A stretch of 64,000 nucleotides of DNA from Octopus sinensis (Eukaryota), in the NCBI RefSeq assembly GCF_006345805.1, contig NC_043002.1, positions 29,202,001 through 29,266,000 of the forward strand, in the 5' to 3' direction. The first letter of the stretch is position 1. Every line of letters starts with the position of its first letter. The position numbers were made by a program, and so were the translations under genes. Positions 38,860 through 52,280 of the stretch are shown piece after piece. The notes beneath the pieces were generated by a model that saw only the letters and a program-made list of their open reading frames with translations, had not been told where the DNA came from and searched no databases.

Positions 38860-39000
38860 GTATGACAGGCTTTCATTTTTGTCTATCAAATTCAGACTTT
38901 GATAAGACCGAGGATATAGTTAAAAACAACTGCGGTATATTGAACCCGGAACCATGTGGCTGGGAACAAAATTTCTTACCACACAGTTGCTCATACTCCT
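38860..39000 (-). mobile_element. SINE family B 5' half (degraded)
   Basis: tgaacccggaaccatgtgg...cttaccacacag matches the reverse complement of the family B head. Confidence 0.65.
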
Positions 39001-39299
39001 ATACATATATGTGTGTAAGTGTGGGCGTAGGTGTGTGTGTCTATGTGTGTAAGTGTGGGTGTTGGTGTGTGTGTGTGCATGTATAGATGTATGTTCGTAA
39101 GTATAGTGTACTTATTCTTATTCCTTTTGAAAACGACAGAAAGTTTTCAGGTCAAACGGTTTGGAAAATTTTCGCCCCGTTAGGAAATAATTTTCTGACA
39201 AAGTTAGGAAATTCAGGTTGAAGATATGAGGAGGGATTAAGTAAAGTACACTGCGGTTATATGTTTCATATTTCGGGGTTTCAGTATGCAGAACAGTTT

Positions 39300-39425
39300 C
39301 AAGTCAGGGATTATACTGGCGTAAGGTTAAATGAAATACCTCACGCAAGGACATTAGCGCCACCCGGTCCAGGAAACGATCCCAAAACCTCGTGATCTTG
39401 AGCCGAGCCACTGTAACAATTAGGA
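39300..39425 (-). mobile_element. Old tRNA-derived SINE head of a third type
   Basis: Minus strand gatcacgaggttttgggatcgtttcctggacc (B-box-like), then tgtccttgcgtgaggtatttcattt. Confidence 0.45.
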
Positions 39426-40499
39426 TACACGTATTCAAATACATACATACATACATACATACATACATACATACATACATACATACATACATACATACAT
39501 ACATTTATATACATACATTTATATACATGCTTGCTCAAATGCGTTCGGAAATGTGTTTTCTTAAAATACAATTTATCTTAATAGACTTACGAGAAACACG
39601 TCAAAATGAGTATTTGAGTTCTGTCAAAATACACATACATATGTGTGTGTGTGTGTGTGCGTGTGTATATGCATGTATGTATATATATATACATGTGTTT
39701 GGATATAAGTGTATGTGTATATGTGTCTGTAAGTAGATATCCACATTCATACAAATAAACACACACGCCACATACAGACACACGTATATTGAATTCGACA
39801 TACCCCTGTAGAGAGAACGATCTTCAAATACAATTTAGCTAATGTTCCTAAATGATTTACTGTTCAAGAATACATTGGGATTTTGATAGGGGCTTATGTC
39901 GTGATTACTGCATTTACAACTCTAACCCTCTCACCTCCTTACTTTAGGAATGTGGGACCTGACTTGCTTACCTGTCACAGGTGAAACGGGTCATTTTGAT
40001 ATGCCAGCTGACTAAATACACACTGCATGTTGAACAAGGTGATGTTAACTGTACATAACTGATGGTGTCGAAGGAAATGGTAATGGTTGTGGGGCTGGAA
40101 GCATAAATGCTTGTGATAATGTTAATGCAGTACTGGTGAAGTTCTTGTTGTTGTTGTTCTTGTTGCTGTTGTTGTTGTTCTTAGCCACCCCCTGTCAACA
40201 CAAGTCTAGTAAAATTATGATCAAAGGCTTTCGAACCTGACAGCTCTGTCTGGTTAGGGTTGTAAATGACTGTATTATACAACGTGGTGTTTCTATTTTA
40301 TGACAGTCCGGTGTGTTTTGAGGACTATTTCATGTTATTTCTAGCAAGTCAAGTGACTTCTGTAAGTGTTTCTTCGTTCTGAATGCAATGATTGTACGCT
40401 AGGTGTACTAAAATTTGTCATGTCACTTAGGATGTTTTCTCATAATTCTAGTTATGATGATGCTAGCAAGAATAATTGTGCTAATATCATTAAAATTAA

Positions 40500-40700
40500 G
40501 TCGGAGAGCTGGCAGAACCGTTAGTTCGCCGACCAATTCGTTCCTCTTCACGTTCTGGGTTCATATTCTGATGAAGCCGACCTTGCCTTCATCCTTTTAG
40601 AGTCGATAAAATAAGTACCAGTTGAACACAGGTGTCAATCTAATCGACTTAATCCTCCCCTGAATCTACTGGTCTTGTGCCAAAATCTGAAACCAATATC
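40500..40700 (+). mobile_element. SINE family A, degraded
   Basis: gagctggcagaaccgttag...gccttcatccttttagagtcgataaaataagtaccagt. Confidence 0.8.
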
Positions 40701-41240
40701 AATATTGGAATAAAATAGGAAGAACGTAGATTCCCTCCGTATATTATACAACCAACTACACCACACTAAATTGATCCCTTACTTGCCCTATATTTCTTCC
40801 ACACCATCCCTTTCCCTTTTCGCCCGGGTCCCTGTTGTGTGACAGGTAACATTAGCAGATGTCAGACTGCCTTGTTGAAATTGTCACCCTCTATCCTTTC
40901 ACCGATTGCAGTAGATTTTACCGTTGATGTTGCATATAATCGTCAAATATATTGAGAAGTGTGTTTACTTAAAATACAACTTTATCTTAATATTCCTACG
41001 AGAAATACCAACAGTGTGAGTATTAGGAATCTGTCAAAATATTTCGTAATAATACACACACACACATACACATATTCACACACACACACACACACACACA
41101 TCTGTATATATATATATATATATATACATGCATATATATACATATATATACATACACATATATATTTATAGATATATGTATACACACACACACATGTAGG
41201 TATATATATTAACAAATATACATACATACATATGTATATG

Positions 41241-41444
41241 TGCGCAGAAGTGGGAGTGTGGTAAGAAGATTGTTTTCCAGCCACTTGACTCCAGATTCAA
41301 TCTCACGGTGTAGCACTTTGGGCAGGGCAAGTGTCTTCTGCAATATATAGCCTAAGGCACACAAAGCCTTGTGCGTGAATTTGGTAGACGGAAACTGAAA
41401 GAAACCCATATAATATATATGTGTGTGTATATATATTATATATA

Positions 41445-41542
<98 letters not shown>

Positions 41543-41757
41543 TATGTGTGTGTGCATTTGTGCGTGTGTTTTGTGGGTGCGTAAGTTTGCTCCACACCAC
41601 CGCTATATAACCGGTGTTGTAGTGCTTCCGTCATCATAACTGAGTGGTTCGAGAGAATGAATACCAGGTTTTAAAAAAAGTACCAGGGTCGATTCGTTCG
41701 ACTAAAATTCTTGAAGGCGGTGCCCCAGCATGGCTTCATTCTAATAACCGAAACAAT
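41241..41757 (+). mobile_element. SINE family B with expanded internal (TA)n
   Basis: Head gcgcagaagtgggagtgtggtaag; gcaagtgtcttct; ggtagacggaaactgaaagaa; tail ggcggtgccccagcatgg. Confidence 0.8.
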
Positions 41758-42395
41758 TAAAATATGTATTTATTCACACGCATAGACACACACACACACA
41801 TGTATGTATATATGTCATACCTTGATACTGTGTGGACTAATATTCCCGTTGACAGGCCGCTGGTATTTGCAGTGTTAAACACTTTCGGTATGCAAACTAG
41901 GGACTTCTTCATAAAATAACTGTTGCATTTGTTCAGTATATAAACAGTTTGGCTTATTGTTTCTCTGGAGATGGTCAAAATGATGTGAACTCCTCTGATC
42001 AGAACCCAATAGGTTCGAAAATCGATTAAGTTTGTTCATCATTTTTTTTCAATCTGGGGGGAAATGGCTAAAATTTGCCCTGTTTATAAATCATACCATA
42101 TGCTACGTATATTTATGTATATGGAGAGAGAGAGAAAAGCAGAGAGACAGATGGATAGACGATATTCACTGTGTGTACATGAAACTGACAACGCTCAACG
42201 ACGCAGAGTTTAGCATCCTCCCTAGCCGCTGCTAGGACGATTTTCACCTGCCTCCAGTAAATATTGTTATTAAATGCAGCATGTCCATATGATCTCCGGA
42301 TGAATACGCAGATTTGCTTTCCACGATGCATTTATAGTATGTTACACAGGTGGATATTATATTGCAACACGGTTTGTGGTGCATATAATGATTTC

Positions 42396-42466
<71 letters not shown>

Positions 42467-42495
42467 CAGCTATCTATCTATCCATCCATCCATCC

Positions 42496-42571
<76 letters not shown>

Positions 42572-43457
42572 CTGTTGTTGTTTCCATCAGCACAACTGAG
42601 CGGTTCGACAGAATGAATACCAGGTTTAAAAAAAAAGTACCAGGGTGGACTCGTTCTATCTATTTGTCCATCTGACTGTCTGTCTATCTCTACGTATGTG
42701 TATATACATAGTGTACTGTTCCGTTATTCGTAGGATCAACTAAATGTACTAAAACGGCGAGAGATACGTATTAATTTAGAAACAGAAAGTTTAAACGTAG
42801 GCAACTATAAGTTTCGTGCTCAGATAGTACAGACTTGCATAGCATGCCGTGTACTATTCCGCAATTGGTTATGCTCGTATCTTATACGTAGCATAGTTAA
42901 ACGAATGCCATCAAACCTCCAGTTAAAGTATCGTGCAAGATTCGAGCCACGTTACAACAATAATACCAGGAACAATGTGCAAAGTAGTATTAGATAAACC
43001 AGCAATAAACTCCTACCCAATAAAAATAAGGAGATAAGTTTACTGCTATTACTACTTTTATAATTCTAATTATTGTCATCATTGAACTCGCGTCGCCAGA
43101 AAGTTATCGCTTTTCCATATGGATTTTCCGGTGCATATGTGTCGTGAATATTGATCAATATATGCAACGGCTTCTAGGAATACTAGGGACGTATACTTAC
43201 CGTCCGGCCTTGTATCGAGCTTTTGTCTATATTCTTTAAGCACCATCTACTTTTTCACGCTCTGTCAACTTCAGTTCTAAAAAGCCAAGGATGTTCAATA
43301 TCATTTTCATCGCTCGAATAAATTTTAGGGCAATCATCCCACCCTGTTTGTATTTTCCACAAGGAAAACCGAGGAAGCGTGCCAATATGCCAAAACATCT
43401 TGATAATTACCTTAACTAATAATGTTTCATTTTACTCAAACATTAAGGCATAAAATA

Positions 43458-43690
43458 CCTATTTCTTTATTACCCACAAGTGGCTAAACACAGAGGGGAC
43501 AAACAAGGACAGACAAACGGATTAAGACGATTACATCGAGATCAGTGCGTAACTGGTATTTAATTTATCGACCCCGAAAGTATGAAAGGCAAAGTCGACC
43601 TTGGCGGAATTTGAACTCACAACGTAACGCAGACGAAATTCCGCTAAGCATTTCGCCCGGCGTGCTAACGTTTCTGCCAGCTCGCCGCCT
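43458..43690 (-). mobile_element. SINE family A, full copy, 10-bp TSD
   Basis: TSD gcataaaata at 43448-43457 and 43692-43701. Confidence 0.9.
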
Positions 43691-43850
43691 AGCATAAAAT
43701 AACAATTACATTTTCCATTTCATATGTATACATGCGTACATACACACATACATACATACATACATACATACATACATACATACATACATACATACATACA
43801 TACCGACATACATAAGTACACACATACGTACGTACATACATACATATATG

Positions 43851-43886
<36 letters not shown>

Positions 43887-43899
43887 AATTGATCAAAAT

Positions 43900-44625
43900 A
43901 AAAACATGATGCGAAGGATTCAGCGGTACATATGTTTCGGGCCTTTATTAGACAGATTTATAACAATGCATAATGTATGTCTGTGGCCTTCTTCAGCCGC
44001 GCACAACAGCTTCCACAAGGACATGTGTTACAACAAAAATTCTTGGTTGGGGATGCAAATCCTCTCATTCGCGTACGACATAATGCGGCAGCAGCATAGA
44101 ATTGAAGCGTCCATCTCTTTCTTCTCTCAATGTAGAATGAGGAAATTTGGATGTTGAAGTAATGTAAATAAATAAATACATATATAGACGTGAAGATGGA
44201 GGGACGAGAATTCAGGACGAGGGATAAAAAATGTATAAAAAGTGTAAGTATAGAAAAATATAAAAATGTAGAGTATAAATATATAAAGGGATATAAGGAG
44301 ATGTAAAGGGGGTATAAAGAATATAAAGAAGTATAAAGAAATATAAATAAATGTAAAGGCATAAGGTTATAAAGTAAAAATAGAAATTGAAATAAAAATA
44401 AAAAGTAAAAAAATAAGAATAGGAATAAACATGATAAAAATGTAAAAAAATATAAAGATAAGGGATGTATAGAGGTTACGGACCAAACATGGTGGTCAGG
44501 AGATTGATAAAATTTAGTTGTAGAAGTTTTGGGTGTCAATAAATCAACAGTGTCGTCTGGGGACCTAATGTGTTGTAAATCAGAGCTGTTGAGCGTTTAA
44601 TCTGGTTCTTTGAATTAATTGGTCA
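43900..44625 (-). mobile_element. Penelope-like element 3' end / pLTR
   Basis: Same layout as 2450-3230: a possible ORF tail (..LIQRTRLNA), a pyrimidine-rich UTR, then a hammerhead. Confidence 0.55.
43923..44000 (-). ncRNA. Type I minimal hammerhead ribozyme
   Basis: Minus strand GCGG-CUGAAGA-aGGCC-acaga...ucugu...-GGCCc-GAAAC-AUAU-GUA-CCGC: stem I GCGG/CCGC and palindromic stem III ACAUAUGU. Confidence 0.85.
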
Positions 44626-45074
44626 TCTAGTACATACATACCATCATGGATACATACACCCATATACACGTGTACATACACGCCTCCAAGCCTATAAGCA
44701 TACACACGCACTCACGTGTAAACATGTACATAAACACACACACACCCACACGCACGCGCGTACATATAAATACATACAACAGAATATCCGCTTGTATACA
44801 CGGACATTATACGTGTACACACCCATATGTACATACGTGCGCCCATCCTTACATACACATACGCATATGCCCACGCCTCCAGGTTTGGATATAAGATATT
44901 AAAGGATGTATATAAGAACGTATGTAAAGAATCACGCACTCACGTCTACACGTGCACGCACACACGGCTGTGTGTCCATATGTGCGTGCACATATACACT
45001 TACATACACGCACAGAGACATACGCGCATGTGGGTATAGCTATAAGATATTAAAGATGTATACAAATAGGTGTA

Positions 45075-45490
45075 AATAATTTTGATGTGGCTATGGGCTC
45101 GAGCGATTCAGCTCAGGTGACTGACTTGGTCGGGGCCTACCTGCTCAAGAAGCTTTTCTCCGAGGTACCGGATCTTCAGGGGGGTCTATACAGAGATGAC
45201 GCTCTCTTCATATACCCCACCAACAATAGGAGTAAACTAGAAAGTATTAGGAAAAAGATCAGGCTTTTTTTCAAATCCTTCAATCTTAAACTAGAATTTA
45301 TGACCAATACTAAAATAGTAAACTTCTTAGATGTTACGTTAGACTTGAATAAGCACCTTCACCACCCGTATAGGAAACCCGAAGAAACTACCAAATACAT
45401 CCATACCTCTTCCAACCATCCACCCTGTATAATTAGCACCACGGTCCAAGCCATCTCAGACAGACTTACAAAACTATCCTCTAATAGTGT
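45075..45490 (+). mobile_element. Penelope-like (Naiad-type) reverse transcriptase fragment, open frame
   Basis: FDVAMGSSDSAQVTDLVG...GLYRDD...VNFLDVTLDL...PYRKP...YIHTSSNHPP...RLTKLSSN, which are PLE RT palm/thumb motifs. Confidence 0.9.
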
Positions 45491-45524
45491 GTGATATATA
45501 TACATATATATATAGAGAGAGAGG

Positions 45525-45700
45525 GATCATTAGCCACTACACACATTTTTTTTCTCTCCTTGTTTTTTCTGTGTACCTTTCTGTAGAAGAGCGTAGGCTC
45601 GAAACGTAAAATACTTTTTCTATTCCTGAGCGTTATACTAATACATCTGTTTGCTTTGTACACCACCTGTCTTCGTCTTTTGTTTTTTTTTTCGTAAACT
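45525..45700 (+). mobile_element. Hammerhead-bearing ~180-bp unit (family C)
   Basis: CUUU-CUGUAGA-AGAGC-guag-GCUC-GAAAC-GUA-AAAU at 45577-45612. Confidence 0.85.
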
Positions 45701-45934
45701 TCCTCTCTCTCTCTATCTATATATATATATATTATATATATGTAATTTCCGTGTGTATCCCTTTTGAAGACATATGTACCAACCTATATTGAGGATTGTC
45801 TTCCTTAAACAAGCTCAGTTGCATGAGTAGAGTAGACTTGCTGGATTAACAATTGTAGCTCTTTTGTAAAAACTTGTCCATATCTTAATACTGGGAAGGA
45901 GAGTTAAAACTATCCTCTGGGAAGGATAGTTAAG

Positions 45935-46096
45935 ACTATCCTCTGGGAAGGAAAGTGAAGACTATCCTTCCCAGGAATAATTTTAACCCTCTCACAGGGT
46001 ACAGCTAACAGCTAACTCTTTCTGGGTGCAGATACACGGTCTCACGGAATGTACGTATGTCAAGTAGACGTACACACACATGCCTTTATATATATA

Positions 46097-46181
<85 letters not shown>

Positions 46182-46271
46182 TTATATATACGTGTGTGAG
46201 TATAGGTCTATGTGTGTGTATCCTATATTATATATATACACACACACACATAGACCTATACTCACACACGA

Positions 46272-46368
<97 letters not shown>

Positions 46369-46519
46369 AAGGCATGTGTGTGTACGTCTGCTTGACATAC
46401 GTACATTCCGTGAGACCGTGTATCTGCACCCAGAAAGAGTTAGCCGTTAGCTGTACCCTGTGAGAGGGTTAAAATTATTCCTGGGAAGGATAGTCTTCAC
46501 TTTCCTTCCCAGAGGATAG

Positions 46520-46520
<1 letters not shown>
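45935..46520. repeat. ~590-bp near-perfect palindrome
   Basis: 45935-46089 is the reverse complement of ~46365-46520 with two transitions; inner arms 46190-46220 and 46237-46270; (TA)n between the arms. Confidence 0.95.
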
Positions 46521-46554
<34 letters not shown>

Positions 46555-47521
46555 TATATATATATATTATATATATATATATACACTCACACACACACAC
46601 ACACACACACGTATAGAAGTACCTTATTTAATCTCCTTAAATTCGTTGTCGTATCTGTCATTTAACCTTTCATGACAGCTATTTGGAAAATGGAAAATAA
46701 ATATTTATTCTTATAGAATGAGTGAGGTGGGAGAAACAATAGGGAGAAAGAGAGAACGAGAGAGAGAAATATAAAGAAAGAAGAAGTTCGTGTAGGAGAG
46801 AGAGAGAGAGGGGGGGAGAAAGGGAAAGGGGGAAGACAGACGTTGAAGATGAAGAACAGACAAAGTTTTAGAAGAAAAAAGAAACAGGAGTTAAAGGTGT
46901 AAGGAGGAGGTAATGAGGTCAAGAAATGAGAACGATAGAGTTAAAATATAATCTAAGAAAAATAATAGAGTAACGAAACTATAACTATTTAGTAGGTGAC
47001 ACTTCGTCTGTATAAACGCGTATATACAGATTTCTCTCACTTTCTATCTGACACTGTCAGCCTTTCTCTCTCCTTATCGTTTTCGTCTTCTTTAGATTCT
47101 CGTTGTGTGTATACACTTTAATAAATGCACACATCAACACATAAATACGTATATATGTATGATATACATGCGAACAAATGCACAATATATATGGATGAAC
47201 AGAATAATACGTTAAAATCATGCCATATATATATATATATTATATATATATGTGTGTGTGTTCACATATATATATATATAATGTACATATATATATGTAC
47301 ATTATACGTATGTTAATGTATATGTGTATGTGTGTGTAGGTATAAGGACGCAGTTGTGCGTCGATAGCCAGCTGGAAAAGATCTTTTCCTGGGGATAAAA
47401 TATAGGTAGTTACACCGTCCTAATCAGGACTGCCGCTTTATGTTGGGAAATAGATATTACTTTATCTCTCTCTCTCTCTCTCTATATCTATATATATATA
47501 TATATTATATATATATATATT

Positions 47522-47595
<74 letters not shown>

Positions 47596-47864
47596 AGAAA
47601 TTAAATATAAACTATAAATTACAAAGTAGGACAAGAACGCAAAAACACACATATGTGTATATATATATATATATGTGTGTGTGTTCACATATATATATAT
47701 ATAAGGTGTGTATGTGTATATATATATATGTATATATGTATACATACATATATATATACATATATATATATATACACATACATACATACATACATACATA
47801 CATACATACATACATACATACATACATACATACATACATGTATACAAATATATATAACCTCTTA

Positions 47865-48208
47865 TCTTTTACTTGTCTCAGTCACTAGACTGCGGCCATT
47901 CTGAGACATCGCCTTGAAGAAATTTTAGTCGAATGAATCAACCTCTGTACTAATCTTTATGCTAAGCCTATTAGTTATAGTATCCGACTCTTTGCTGAAC
48001 CGCTATGTCACGGTGAGTAAGCTCACCAGCACTGGTTGTCAATTGGCTGTAGTGGGAGACAGACACAAACACAAAGACACACATATTCGACAGACTTCAT
48101 CCAGTCTTCGTCTGCCAAATCGACTCACAAGTCTTTGGTCGGCCCGAAACTAAAGTGGAAGACACTCGCTCCAAGGTAACGCACAGCGGGACTGAACCTG
48201 GAACCATG
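47865..48208 (-). mobile_element. SINE family B
   Basis: cttttacttgtctcagtca...ctcacaagtctttggtcggcccg...gggactgaacctggaaccatg. Confidence 0.8.
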
Positions 48209-48783
48209 TCGATATATGTGAGTGAGTGCGTGTGTTTGTGTGTTTGCGTGTGTGTGTATTTGTGTGTCTGTGTGTAGGCTATAGAGCAGAACTACGCATT
48301 GATGAGATTTAACTTTGGGTTTTAATTTTGCTTAATCTTGGCGTCCTTCATGTGACTACAATTTCAATCTAGTTGGATATCTTAAGTACGAAGAAGTCAG
48401 TAATATAATGGTTATTAATCATTACATTACATTAGATTAACGTGCCGTTGACATCACAGAAGCAGGAAGATGTATACAATGATATACATTGAAAGTATTT
48501 ATTTAGAACTAATGCAATATCATCACAGTTCATTACGATAGTGAAACAGATATAGAGAAACAATTGTAGTAACAGAGTCGTATGTATTAAGCAGTTTGTA
48601 TAACGAACCTAAAAAAAAATTAAGATAAGGTGGCCCTAAAATTGATAACGTTTGCGCTGTAGAAAATATAGAGAAATGAGTATGTCTGCCAGCAATATTA
48701 AAATATTTTTGTGTTCATAAAATGTGTAACTCATTGCCGATATTTAAACAAGAAATGAATGTATTTTATTAAAATATAGTATA

Positions 48784-49148
48784 CGAGCAAAACGCGCCCC
48801 GTCCAATAGACGGTGCTGAGTTGTCAAACATTTAAACCAAATTTTCTCAAAACAACTTGTCCGACCGCCCCAAAAGCCTCCCCTTTAACCTGATTCAAGC
48901 TAAATTCCGGACACTAGCAAAAGAACAAATAAATAAAGACTTTTTTTCTATTCCAAAGAAAGACGATTTCCCACGGCTTATTCGATCGCATTCTCACCTG
49001 GAATCGATTTTTGTAATTTTTTCAAAACTTATACACGCCCTGATACCGTCGGTATCAACATATCAAATTTGAGCGCAATCGGATGGAGGATGCCCGAGAT
49101 CCTAGAAGCCACACACACAGACAGACAGAACCGATTTTATATAAGAGA
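48784..49148 (-). mobile_element. Non-autonomous Helitron
   Basis: Minus strand begins A|TC (49149/49148) with a ctgt/gt microsatellite near the 5' end. It ends with hairpin ccgtc-tattg-gacgg (48799-48813) about 11 nt before CTCG|T (decayed CTAG). No TSD. Confidence 0.7.
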
Positions 49149-49571
49149 TAAAACACTTGAAGATGTAATTAAAAAAATATGATTGACTGACTGTTCAATG
49201 TATATAAAACTAGTTGCTAATTTCATTTGTTATTTTGAAATATATTCAATATTCCACATTATTCATTCCGTCAGACGAGACTGTACTAAACTAAATACGG
49301 TATTCATAATACTTATATAATAGTTATATTATATACAACAATACATTTTTGTATATTTTTAGGATTAGTAAATATCTTTATTAATTAATGTACTCGATTC
49401 TCTTATTTTTCTTAAATATAAAACTGGGTTAATCTCATCACCTATTATTCATGAGTATAATAATTAATATTCACAAGAAATACTTGGTAATGAACCAGTA
49501 ATTCATTGGATATTACTATCCCTTAATGAGGCTTATCAGTCATCTAACTGAACTTTCTATATACATACACA

Positions 49572-49650
<79 letters not shown>

Positions 49651-51599
49651 ATATACATACATATATAATACATGCATACCTACATACATGCATACATACA
49701 TACATACATATATACATACATACATGTATATATATATATGTATATTTATATATATATATATATAATTTATATTATTATATGTCTGAACGCGGCACATTCT
49801 CTTCTAAGTAAGTTTTATTTTAATAATTCTGATGCGCACTATTATTTTCCTCTTTATTTTTTCTCTCTTCCTTTCTCCCCTTCTCCCCCTCCTGTTTTTT
49901 CTCACTTATCCTATCTCCAATTATTTCATCTCCTCTTCACAGTCTGTCACTCTCTGTCTGTCACTCTCTTTCCTTCACTCTTCCGCACTTGCTCACGTAG
50001 CTCCCACGTGACCATCGACCATCTTTCTTCTCCTAACTTCTGTTTCTTTCTTTCTCTCCGTTGAAGCTGGATCAAGGAAGACGTGTTCTCGTCTGTCTCC
50101 AGTCCAAACTTGATTTACGCGTTCGCCACCACAACCTCGTTTAAGCTTCCTGTTTGTGGTCATTGCTCTGTTTGTCTTACCAATTTTGACCGTCCGCAAA
50201 ATCTCAAATTTTATTTAGTTTGCTTTGCGGGAGCAACTGTTTTATCGAAAGCGTATGTTCTTAAATGCTCGAAATACGAGCATATATATATATATATATA
50301 TATATAAGATAGTTATTATTCATAAAAATAACATGAGTAGCCGCAAGCTTAAAAGCCGTATAGGCAAAATTAATAAATATATACAAAATATCGAATATAT
50401 TTATATATAAGAGGGTACTAATGAGCACCTGCTTTGCTAAAGATAGGAGTCACAGAAGAATCCCTAAATTAATGCTGGCATGATAGGAAAAATTAAGTGA
50501 ATAGGAATTGTATCTTAGGCCCGCAAAGTTTGCAGATGGAATGGCAGTTAATCATGATTTTGAATTCAGCGCCAAATATTTGTCAGACATACTAGTGACA
50601 ATCACTGAGAGTCACTACCATCTGTATGTATATGTGTGTATGTGTATCATACCTGTGCACACGCACATATTTTAATCTACTAATTTAAAAAAAATTTCGC
50701 TCCCAAATTATCTCTTCCTATGCTTCTGTCATTCCCTGGTTTCTTTATGATGAATGTAGAAATCTCGAACCGTCAAGCCATGCCCAACACATTTTATGTA
50801 TTGATCTAGAGCTTTAAACAAAAGAGCATTTCTCTTAATTGTCTATTTGTTATTTGAAGCTTTGCTTTAATTTTACATTATAAAAGCACATACACACATA
50901 CACACACAACACACATATATACATACACACGCATACACACACACACACACGAATACATATATGCATGCTTAAGTGCGTATATACAACCATGCGTGTGCAT
51001 GTATGTGTGTGCATAACATTTAACGCCTGCCCTTCTTTCTGAAAAGGTATAATGTAATATTAAAGAGTTTTGCATGCTTTTTCAGGCACGTTAATGACCA
51101 CACAAATGCTTCCTAGTTCAATCGTAAATATAAGTTTTTCTCGTTAAACAAGTAGAAAAAACAATTAAAACAGCAGCAACGATAACGTCTGTTTATACAT
51201 CCCTCATATCTTGCTATTTTTAACTTAGTTTTGACTTTACACTCTATAAACATATACTGAAACACACACATATGCAGATATACATGAATGCATACAAATA
51301 TATACGTGTGTGTGTGGTGAGTGTATAAAATAATATATATATAGGCGGCAATCTTTATGTACTTTTGATCTGGCTAACTGCCAAACACCCATATGTATTT
51401 AGATTACCGGTTAATGTTTCTTTCACCGTATTAGCATTCAAGTAGATACTTCACATTAATTATGTAATCACTCCACTAATCATGTTTGTTTTGGAAATTT
51501 AGTTATTGCTATAATTAATTGTAACTCCTCACAAAATATGAAATTTATCGATTTGAACTTCATTGTCAATCCTACCGCTGAAATATATATATATATATA

Positions 51600-52280
51600 C
51601 AAGAGTGACGGAATGTAGTATGGAAAATCAGGGCTGCTTGAATGTTTGTGTGAACATGTACTTCCTTGGGAGATTATAACCTTTAATCTAAACAAGATAT
51701 TCTTGACCTGTAGAGTAGCCAGTGGTATACACCTCACTTGGATTTTACCACTTCTGAAGTTCCACTCGCTAAGAAGTATATGTAGTCCGGATTTCCCATA
51801 ATCCATTCCGTAACTCGTGTTTTCTTTTTCGCACACTCTGCAACCATAGGTGCGACGTAGGAATATAAAAAGAACCTTTATTTTCAGACCATCGTTCTGC
51901 GATAAAAGAAAAAAATTCGCAACCTTCCATCTCAATAAACAACTTACCAACACCTCGATCCCTGGATCCTATATTTATAAACACAAATTCAACTTCTCGA
52001 CCGAACGCTTCTAGTTCCGACGAGGAAGTATTACATGAATTATTATATGAAGTATTATATGAGTTGGAAAAATCAAAAGACATTATAAGAAGATTGCCAT
52101 AGCGTGTTCATTCTTTTCAAGCAGAGAGACTGGCCTTATTTAGACAAACTTTGAGATTCAGTGCTCGCAAGAACTCATCGCATAACATTGAAAAATTTGA
52201 AAAGAAACGTTTTAACGTTTTGTGCAGTATCAAGTTCCTTAAGGTGCAAAATAGCTGACAAATTAAGGTGAATAAACGTT
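51600..52280 (+). mobile_element. Possible PLE 5' region / ORF N-terminus relic
   Basis: Degenerate frame ..EKFEKKRFNVLCSIKFLKVQ.. is reminiscent of PLE N-termini; no diagnostic motif. Confidence 0.25.

Larger units (their letters stand above)
34055..40370. repeat. Three old copies of an unclassified dispersed repeat (34055-34205 -, 34630-34700 +, 40190-40370 +)
   Basis: Shared motif tgtgatttga.gg..atttggctgctatttctagcagg, with variation between copies. Confidence 0.5.

Noticed and set aside
41815-42058. Possible minus-strand exon (cccccag acceptor, aag|gtatga donor)
   Set aside because: All three frames hit stops shortly after the acceptor.
45885-45976. CRISPR-like short palindromic repeats
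   Set aside because: No unique spacers, no cas genes, and a eukaryotic context.
50235-50282. gaaagcgt...atgctcgaaatac resembling family C stem II
   Set aside because: CUGANGA core is absent; too degenerate to call.
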